Source: the human T2T-CHM13v2.0 reference genome, Homo sapiens
DNA length: 64,000 bases
Assembly (NCBI RefSeq): GCF_009914755.1
Contig: NC_060931.1
Strand: one strand, 5' to 3'
Part shown: positions 53,832-64,000 of the stretch, piece after piece
Layout: the number at the start of each line of letters is the position of its first letter
Numbering within the stretch: the stretch's first letter is position 1
Made by a program: the position numbers and the translations under genes
Notes under the pieces: model-generated
Databases searched by the model: none
What the model was told of the DNA's origin: nothing
Seen by the model: the letters and a program-made list of their open reading frames with translations, nothing else

Positions 53832-53976
53832 TAAATCTATTGAATACATTTATTGAAGTAAATCTATTGAATATATTTGTTGAAGTAAATCTATTGAATA
53901 TATTTATTGAAGTAAATCTACTGAATATATTTATTGAAGTAAATCTATTGAATAAATTTACTGAAGTAAATTTATT
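53832..53976. repeat. AT-rich minisatellite, 27-bp unit x5 plus partial
   Basis: Consensus taaatctattgaatatatttattgaag; units start at 53832, 53859, 53886, 53913 and 53940. Confidence 0.96.
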
Positions 53977-56900
53977 CACTTGTATCACTGCAGAAGGCCC
54001 AAAGGCATGCACATAAACTAATTCAAAGGACATTCCTATTTCTTGAAAACAAAAACAAAGCCCAAAGAAATGGCATGGTATATCTGATTTGATAGGAAGG
54101 GATAAAATGTCATTTACTTTTATGGACTAAATTGTTATTGCTTGGCATTTTATATAGTATTGATTCCTTTTAAAGCCACATTGATTTCTTAAATAGTATG
54201 AGCAAGATCTAGCCCCTGTAACACAAGTCAAAATTAAATTGTCTATCTGGTCCCTCGATCATCACCATGAGATTCAGAATGAAACTACAAATTAACAGGG
54301 CAAAGAAATGTGAAGACAATACAATAAAAAACTACAAATGAAATATAAAATAGGTAAGGATAAAAACTACTATATTGTACTGTTATACATTATAGAATCA
54401 TAACCATATACTATTAATATGGTTAATAGAAAATGGGTTAAGGAATAAAATGGAAGTTAGGAGTTTAAGTTTACAAATTTCCTTATTTTACATAGCAAAG
54501 AGCCAATAGATATAAATTTGAAAATTTAGTTTAAAGAAAGGTTTTTTTTTTGGTATTTCTTTCTTTTTTTTTTCTATTGTTTCTCTTATGTTTAGTGGGA
54601 TCTAATTTTTAGGAAATATCTTTCAGGTAAAGAAACATTTAAAACTCATGATCCTTTTGATTTTATTTTTAAAATTTTACAAATTTCATGTTATCTTTAA
54701 TACATTTTAAACTTTAAGATGACATGAAGAATATGACCCCATTTTATGTTTCTCTTTTATTTCTGTTTAGAGATGTGAAAAGCCTGAGATGATGTTTGTA
54801 AAATATTGGGAACACATGTTTCTTGATGGTAGCATTTGGGGACTTGGTAATTTCTTTTTTACATTTTTTGGTACTTCTATGTATTTCTTGAATGTCTGAT
54901 ATTAATATATCCCCCAAATATATAGATATGCAAATTAGATATAAATAGAAATAATAGATAGAAACATGCACTGTACCTTTTGTGTATATACATCCACAGA
55001 TATGTAAATACATAAAATCTGGAAAGCTAAAGTTAACCCTTTTACCTGAGAAGTGAGGAGTGGTGGTATTAGGGGAGGAACGACCACTTTTTGATCTGCA
55101 TGTACTATTTGCATTGTAATGTAATCATATATTACTTTTGTAATTTTTAAACAGAGAATAAAAATAAATTTTAAGAAAGATACTTTTCTCCATCACATGC
55201 TTGATTTTATCACATTGGTAAAAGCTCAAAGAAAAAGATGGACTCCTTGGTAAGCTCTCCAACCCAGCTCAGTGTAGACAAAATGTGTACTTTACAGTCT
55301 GTTTTACCAGATAGGAGCGTTTCCTCAGAATTGTGTGCTCTATACTCCCATAGAAATGCATGAGAGGTCATTTAGACACAAAATACCCTGTGTAGACCAA
55401 GCACTCCCAGATCTAGTTAAAGATAGAATGGAGTAGTAATTACAAAGTAAGCATACATGCCTTACTGGGCACACCTATTTTAAATAAATGTGGAAAAAGA
55501 ACATTCCAAAAATATTTTTTCTATGAAAAGGACATTCAAAGATTGAATTAAATTATTTTGGAAAGCATATTTTCTTTATGTATCATCAATCCAAATGATA
55601 AAAAAAATTCAGAGAGCCTGATAGGCAAAACTTGAATATAAGCCAAACTTAATTCTTTTCTTTTATTGTTTAATGTTCAATAGTTTGAATCATGAATCCT
55701 ATCTAGAATGAATGAGTTTTAAAGGATATATTTGCAATATATATCCTTTAAAACTATTGCAAATAGTTGTATTTGCAATAACAACTACTGAATTTAAAAA
55801 GGTTTACAGGATTAAAAACTTACCTAACTGTGTTTTCAAGCAGTTAGACAATGGTGCTATTAAAATGGTTAATGTACTATACATTCATAATTTTTAATTT
55901 AAATTTGGGTTTTAAATTTAATTAGCTTTTATTTGCCTTCAGAAAGCAAACATATCAATATATTCTTCCATTTTTCCAATAGATGTCAGTATCAAAAAAG
56001 AAAAGAGCTACTTTAACTATCTTCCAGTACAAAAGGGAGTATTATTTTCTCTTCTTTCCAGTTTCACTTACTCAGAATCGCCATAGTTAGTGTAAGCAGC
56101 AGTCTGACAAAGAAGAGTAGTTTTAACACACACTAGTTATGATTTTGGGGGGAAAATTCATGTAATTAATTTAGATAGGGATTATGGTGTTTACAGTGGA
56201 AGAAAACAATAAACATCTGAATGTTTTCCATGTAATCCCTATTTCTATATACTTATTTATTTTTGGCTCTTTTATTGTCTCTCTCCTATCTGTGTAAGGT
56301 CTAATCCCTCTTCTTTTGTTTACATCTCTCAATGATAATTCAACAGATGATTTTATGTCCAAAAAAAAGGAGGTTACATATTTCACATGGCATTTTAATC
56401 TTTAAAACACAATTTTTAAATGATAATAACATTAGTAGTCCTTGTCATCCATTCTATTTTCACTGTTATATAACTTTAATTTACTTTAAGTAAAGCATAG
56501 TATATAGATTAAATATTATTTTCAAATTAATTCATCAACAAATATGGAATTCAAGGCTGAAGAAAATTGAAAATTGAGAATTCTGTTAAAAATGGGAAAG
56601 GTATTTACTATGAAATTTGTATTATACATCATCAGTATCCATTGAGTTTTACTAAACTTTAATATGTTATATACATCACCGAGCAGATTTATTACTGATA
56701 CATGGAACCAAGATCACAAGGAAGGAATGATATCTTCGTATACAAAGAGTAGCGATGTAATGTTGTTGGGAGCAATAGGTAACGACATTTATGTCATGTC
56801 TGCCACTTTTTAAAATTGCTATCATTACACTAGTCTAAATTTACGTTTTCCTATTTTTATGCTTCAAGATTTATACTTAATTTATCAAAAGCAAAATGAA

Positions 56901-57254
56901 AAGCAAACACATACAGTCATTATTTACATTTCCTTTTATGTGATTGCAGCATCAAAAAAGTTTTTTATCCTGTTTCTTCGGGCTTTGTTCCTCTTTCCTC
57001 CTCTGCATGATGAAGACTGGAATATAGATGGACTAAGACAGAAGCCATGTTCAAGTTTCTGATCTACAACTGACTCAGTTTTTCCCTTGAGCACGTAAAT
57101 ATGCCAAATTTTTAGGATTCAAACTGAATATTTAAAGAAATGTTTCTTCTTTGCAATCAGAAAGGATATTTTATACAATGTATGGGTGCAGACAGGAAGT
57201 TTTATTATTCACTTTCTCTTGTATCAAGAGAAACCACAACATGAGAATAGTTTT

Positions 57255-57542
57255 TCCCCCTGCTTTATTGAGGTTATTTGACAAATAAAAATTATATATA
57301 TTCAAATGTACAATGTGATGACTGGATATACTTATGCATTGTATAATGATTACCAAAATCAAATTAATTAACACATCCTTCACTAGACTTAATTTATGTA
57401 CTAGTTGGGTCAGGGGCACTTAAGCAAATTTGTGTTAGCAAATTTCAAGTAAACAATACAGACTTATTAGCTATAGTCAACAGGTTGTACATTAGATCCC
57501 CAGAGTTTATTTGTCTTAAAACTGAATATTTGTACCATTTGA
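57255..57542 (-). mobile_element. L1MA-like 3' end
   Basis: gctttattgagg...aatgtacaatgtgatg...attagatccccaga. Confidence 0.8.
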
Positions 57543-58059
57543 GAGAGAAGTTTTGGTGTTACTGAAATCATAGGCTTCTGACAGAATTTGCAGGATGCTA
57601 TACACAACTAAACAGAAGTATAAACAATAGTTTCTGGGACCAAGAGTCAAAAAGACATGGGTTATTATGACTTACCACTGCTTAATCACATGACCAAGAC
57701 ATGTCATTTAATCTTTCACAACTAGATGTCTCATTCTTGCCTAGCAAATAAATGTCTTGTGAAGATATTTTTTAAAGAATTTCATAAACATAAAAAGGTA
57801 ATGCAAATCTGATGCTTTTAAAATAAGGGGAGGAAAAAACGATTTAAAAACATTTTTGTTGGATCTGAGAATACAACTGCTCCATCCAAATTGTTAGAAA
57901 TTAAAGGGCATAGCTACATTGCTTTTAATGAGATGAAGTCTTTGCATTTGAAACATACCAAAAATTTTTAAAAATGAAAAAGTATATTAGGTAATGAAAA
58001 GAATGAAAAAGATGTTTCTTTGTTTGTTTGCACAAACAAACTTCTCTCTGGTCTTTATT

Positions 58060-59470
58060 TCTCTTTAAACTAGTTGCTTTTATTTTTATCAAAGATACAC
58101 TGTTTCATTTAAAAACAGTCTTTCTGCCCATCAACACTTCTGTTCTTCCTGAAGCAAATGCTCTTGCTGTTTTCTGGTTTTAGTTCCAGTGGTTTGTACC
58201 TCAATCTCTAATTTTTTAAAAACACTTTTTCTTGATTCACAAAATGTAGATATTGTCTGCTGATTTCTTCTTCTGGTAGGAAAGTAACAGGATCACATTT
58301 GTTACCCAGTACACCTCTCTTTTTCCTCTACTTCAGAAGACTTTATTCAACCTCTGTTTTTTAGCCATTTGCCATGAATAGCATGTCTTAACTCTTACTC
58401 GGTAGAATAGAAGATATTTGATCTTCCATAATTCTCTTTACTTTTTTAATCCCCTTCCACTCCCCTGCTTATCTTCTAAACCTCCAGTTTTATAATTCTA
58501 AGGTAAAAATATATACTCTCCCTTCAATAGACACAATTACATTGTCTACTATTTCTATTGGGGGATTGTTAAAAGTAAAAATCAATAAAGAGTGTTTACT
58601 ACATAATGATATTGCTTTCTTTTATGACTCCGATGTCCACCATATGTCTCTCAATAAAAAATGTTTGGGACACAAATTAAAATCGATTTTCATTATATAT
58701 CCCAATAAATAGTCAATTATTCCCAATGTCTTAATTATATTGTTCGTTTTATGTACTCCACTCTTCTTACCCCTCCTCAGCCTGCAGAACTCCTTCCTGG
58801 TTCAATCCTTATTAGTAGTAGTTAGCGTTATCCTGGGACATCCTGGTACTGCCCTTTTGGGGGAGTGGAATATACTGTTCCTGCCTTACCATCTCCTCTT
58901 TTTATTCAATATTTGGCCAGAATATGTTCTCAAATAACTCTCTAAGAAGGGAATTTTCCAGAGAAGTATTCTGAGTCATTGCATGACTAAAACATCTTGA
59001 TTCTAACTACTGACTTCATTGATAGATTGGCTGATACAGAATTCTAGGTTAAACTTTCTTGTCTCTCAGGCCTTTGAAGGCATTATTGCACTGCTTTCCT
59101 GCAGAGTAATCCTTTTGAGAAGTCTGAAACTCATTTACTGCATAATCTGTCTTTCTCTCTGGAAACACTTGGTTCCTTAGTTCATGGGAATCTAGTGGTG
59201 ATGTGTCTGGTTGTAGACCTTTTTTTGTTGTTTTGTTGTCCTGCTTGTATAAATCAGTGTTTATCTTTTGTTTTGCTGCTTTTTTTCCTCTATCTGGTGT
59301 TTCTTCATGCCTCTTTCCATCTGAGAAAGAGGCTTTATTAAAAATGGCTGTATGTACTTGGTACATAAGTGCAGCTTCTTGACTCCGACATTTAGATTTT
59401 AGGTGGACAAGAAGGACTGTTATGTAACATTTTGCAAGTAGTAAATACCAGAAGGAAGGAGGCTTTCTTC
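58060..59470 (-). mobile_element. Degraded L1M fragments
   Basis: ttctgagtcattgcatg...gattggctgatacagaattctaggtt...ctttgaaggcattattgcactg; boundaries approximate. Confidence 0.5.
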
Positions 59471-59478
59471 TAGGGTAT

Positions 59479-61903
59479 TGTTTTAGTCCATTTTCTGCTG
59501 CTATCACAGAATACTACAGTCTGGTAATTTATTTATTTACTTTTTAAGTTTATTTGGCTTATGGTTCTGGAGGCTGGGGAGTTCAAGACCATGGCATGAA
59601 CATCTGGCAAAGGTCATCATACGGCAGGAAATGGCAGGCAGAGGGACAGAAGGGCACTCAAGAATGTGAGGCAGAGGAAATCAGACAGAATTTGTCCTTT
59701 TATAAGGAGCCCATTCCTGTAATAATGGCATTAATTTATTCATAAGGGCAGAGCCCTCATGACCTAATCACCTTTTAATAGTCTCATTTCTTAATGCTGT
59801 TACAATGACAAATTTCAACATCACTTTTGGTGGGGACATTTGAACCACAGCATTCCTTCCGAAACTCATGTCCTTCTCACCTATAAAACACATTCATCCA
59901 TCACAATAGGGGCCATAACATCAGTCGGGAGCCATCACAACAGCCCAAAAATCTCAACTTGCTATAGCATCAACCCCAAAGTCCATAGTCCAGAGTCTCA
60001 TCTGAATCAAATATGAGTGACACTAAAGGCACCCTTTATCCTGAGGCAAATTTCCTCCAGCTGTGAGCCTGTGAAATCAAACAAATTATCTACTTTCAGA
60101 ATATAATGGTGGGACAGTCATAGAATAGACATTCCCATTCTGAAAGTGAGAGCTATGCAAGAAGAAAGGGATGACTTGTCTCAAGTAAGTAAAAAACCTA
60201 AAACGGAAAGCAATATTAAGTCTTAGAGCTCCATTTCCTAAATTCTGGGAACACACTAGGGCAGGGGTAGAACTCCTGAGGTCTCAGGCAGCCCTACCCC
60301 TTTAGTTTCACTGGGCTCAGCTCACAATTTCTGTCTCTTGGGTTGAAGTTGCACACTTGTAACTCTACATTTCTGGGGTCTCAGAGAAAACCCTACTCTC
60401 ATGACTCCTCTAGGCACTGCCCTAGTGGAGATTCTGTGTGTCTCTGCTCCTGCAGCAGGTTTCTGCCTGAATCCCCAGGCTATATGTGACATCATTTGAA
60501 ATCCAGGTGGAGGCAGCTATACCACAGAGCCTTTCCATTCTGTAAGCTTGCAGAATTATCAACCGGTAGACACTGCCATGGCTTTTACCTTCCAGAGCAG
60601 GAGATAAAGCCACACTCAAGTTCACTTCAACCATGGCTGGATTGCCACAGGGGTACTGTGCTAGAACGAGGGGATGAGAGTCCCAAGATGGCTCTGAGTG
60701 GCAAACCTATGGGGCATTCTCTGGGGGCATATCCCAAAACCATTTTGCCCTCCTAGAGCTCTGGGTTTGTGATGGGAGGAAAACCTCCAAGATCTTTGAA
60801 ATGCCTTTGGGGTCTTTATTATGTTGATGACTAACACCTGGCCCCCTTCTATCCACAGTAATCTCTTTAGCAAAAGGCTGCTTTGCTACACCTTTGGCGT
60901 TCTTTCTTGAATGTGCATTTTTATGTCATCAGGCTACAAATTTTTCAAATCTTTCTACTTTGCTTCCCTTTTAATTAGAAGTACAATCTTTAAGTTATTG
61001 CTTTGCTCTAGCATCTCACTGTATGCAGTTAAAAGTCACCCTATAGAAGCCTGAATACTTTGCTATTTAGATTTTTTTTTTCATATTCCAGTTCATCACT
61101 CTAGAGTTCTGAATTTCATAAAGTCCTAGAACATGAACACAATTCTGCCAAGGTCTTTCCTATTTTGTAATAATAATAGTCTTTACTGTAATTTTTAATA
61201 CTTTGTTCATTTCTGGTGAGGTGTGAGACCTCACCAGAACGCCTTTTACTATCCATTTCTACCACCATTTTGGCCATGACCACTTAAGTGATCTCTAAGA
61301 AGATTTAGACTTTCCCTACTCTGCTCTTCTGAGCCTTCACTATAATTTCACTTAATGCTTCATTCACAGCAATCTAGGCCTTGTCTAGTCTGTTCTTCCA
61401 AATTCTTCCAGTCTCTATTCATTACCCATTTCCAAAGCTGTTTCCACATTTGCAGGTGTTTGTAACAGCAGCAGCCCTACTTCTCAGTATTTATTTTCTG
61501 TTTTAGTTCATTTTCTGTTGCTATCGCAGAATATCACAGACTGGGTAATTTATAAAGAAAAGTTTGTTTGGCTCACAGTTCTGGAGGCTACGAAGCCCAA
61601 GAGCAGGGCACCAGCATCTGGCAAAGGTCATCCCATGATGGAAGGCAGCAAATGAAAGGGTGAAAAGGCTCACAAGCAAGGGATACATAGATAAAACTGG
61701 GATGAATTTATGAATTCAGCTCATTTTATGTAAAGCCCCTCTCCTGTGATAATGAACCCACTCCCTCAATAATAGCATTAATCTATTCATGAGGGCAGAT
61801 CCCTCATGACCTAATCACCTCTTAAAGGTTCCACCTCTTAATATTGTTACAAAGACAATTAAATTTCAACATGAGTTTTCGAGAAGACATTCAAACCATA
61901 GTA
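59479..61903 (-). mobile_element. Complete MaLR provirus (MSTC/MSTD/MLT1A-like): 5'LTR 61499-61903, internal 59853-61498, 3'LTR 59479-59852
   Basis: Two homologous same-orientation LTRs; internal begins gaaaataaatactgagaagtaggg on minus; purine tract ggaaggaa before the 3'LTR; TSD ggtat (59474-59478) / ggtac (61904-61908). Confidence 0.9.
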
Positions 61904-62634
61904 GGTACCAATTCCTAAATTATTCACAGTTCATTAGAGAAGAATTCTCACTTTTCCTTTCTAAGGAGGTATCATCTGGCTATTATCACTTCATGCTAAG
62001 TGTAGAGAGGTCTTTCACATAAAATTTCAATTGACTGTTATTTTAATGCCCACATTTTATTCCTACTTCCTATTTCTATCAACTGAGACTCTTTAGGGAC
62101 AAAACTACTTCCTCCTGAGCTAGAGCCCCTTCTACTCTCATTCTTCACTGGACCCAAACGAAACTATTTTATCAGTCACTACCCATATATGAATTGGCTT
62201 TCTAACTTCCAAAAAGCTTCTATCTTTCTAATCATTTCCCTCTTATTCTACTCCTATTCTATTTTTGTTCTAGATACATACCTTTTATTCCATTGCTCTT
62301 AATGCAATAGGTTTTCAGAAAGGAGATAAGCTTGTAGGTTCAATATATTATATATATTATCTAAAACTGAAGCCCTCCATTATTCCTTCTTTAACTTTAA
62401 TATTCACTATAACGGAAAAATTCTAGACATTTTGGAAATATTATTTTTGATGGTAGTGTTTTGTTCTGATTTGCTTTATATAGTTTTAGTATGTACAGCT
62501 CCTGAGAAAGCAAACAAGAAATACTTTTACTGCATTGATTGATAGTGGGTGACATAGAACTCAGGGATTTCCAAAGGTTTTTAAGGGTGGTGCAGATAAA
62601 ATCTGTAATCTATTATTATATATGAAACATATAT

Positions 62635-63445
<811 letters not shown>

Positions 63446-63459
63446 TCAACAATACACTT

Positions 63460-63836
63460 TGTCTTAATGGGTTCCGACATTGCTATAAATAAATACCTGA
63501 AACTGGGTAATTTATAAGGAAAACAGGTTTAATTGGTTCATGGTTCTGCAGGCTGTAGGGAGCATAGTGGCTTCTGGGGAGGCCTCAGGAAACTTTCAAT
63601 CGTGGTGGAAGATGAAGGGGCACATCTTATAAGGCCATACAGGAGGAAGAGAGAGAGTGGAGGGAGGTGCTACATATTTTTAAACAACCGTATCTCATGA
63701 GAACTCTATCATGAGAACACCAACAGGGGATATCCACCCCCATGATTCAATCACCTCCCACCAGGTCTCACCTTCAACATTGGGGATTACAATTTGACAT
63801 GAGATTTGGGAGGGGACACAATTCCAAACCATATTG
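63460..63836 (-). mobile_element. MaLR solo LTR (MSTA/B-like)
   Basis: cattgctataaataaatacctgaaactgggtaatttata...caaaccatattg; 5-bp TSD cactt (63455-63459, 63837-63841). Confidence 0.9.
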
Positions 63837-64000
63837 CACTTCTTTTGTTCAAGTATACTTTTTTTTTTTTATAATGATGGCATATATGAGCAACTGAAGA
63901 GGGGTCTGCCTTTATATGTCTATTCTATCCTCTTGATATATTTTTCTTGCACCATTTTGACTTTAAAGAAAATAAAATTTTCTCATTTCCAAAGCCCACA

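Noticed and set aside
53827-54033. Repetitive ORF (NRFTSINIF)n or CRISPR-like array
   Set aside because: Head-to-tail 27-bp minisatellite without spacers or cas genes; the unit length is a multiple of 3, so an open frame is expected.
58022-58041. gtttgtttg-ca-caaacaaac inverted repeat
   Set aside because: Low-complexity 9-bp arms with no reference state to show it is derived; could be chance.
59049-59507. Longest ORF (152 aa)
   Set aside because: Starts in a MaLR LTR and runs through degraded L1M-like sequence; no recognisable domain.
63446-63470. Insertion order of the abutting AluJ and MST LTR
   Set aside because: The TSDs overlap and both orders fit the sequence.

Overview
AT-rich, CpG-poor primate genomic DNA (AluY is present, so catarrhine and most likely human). 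It is intergenic or deep-intronic. I found no credible protein-coding exon, tRNA, rRNA, CpG island or CRISPR array; the listed ORFs are L1 ORF2 remnants, Alu read-throughs or chance frames. A large part of the window is interspersed repeat: L2, MIR, old L1M, several L1PA/L1PB copies, nine Alus or Alu fragments, MaLR/ERV LTRs and hAT MITEs. This includes one full-length L1 at 29.1-37.6 kb hosting a nested, inverted, 3'-transducing L1PB, and one complete MST-type provirus. I cannot support a new gene system. The strongest signals are mutational footprints: a perfect 123-bp copy of nearby DNA at an apparent L2 deletion, two L1 3' transductions, three twin-primed L1 inversions, an ORF1 fragment inside ORF2, repeated short fold-back hairpins, and a CpG-retaining patch around an AluY. 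Speculative enhancer and minus-strand non-coding exon candidates are also listed. Repeat subfamily names come from recalled consensus sequences and need RepeatMasker/Dfam confirmation. Boundaries without a stated TSD are approximate.
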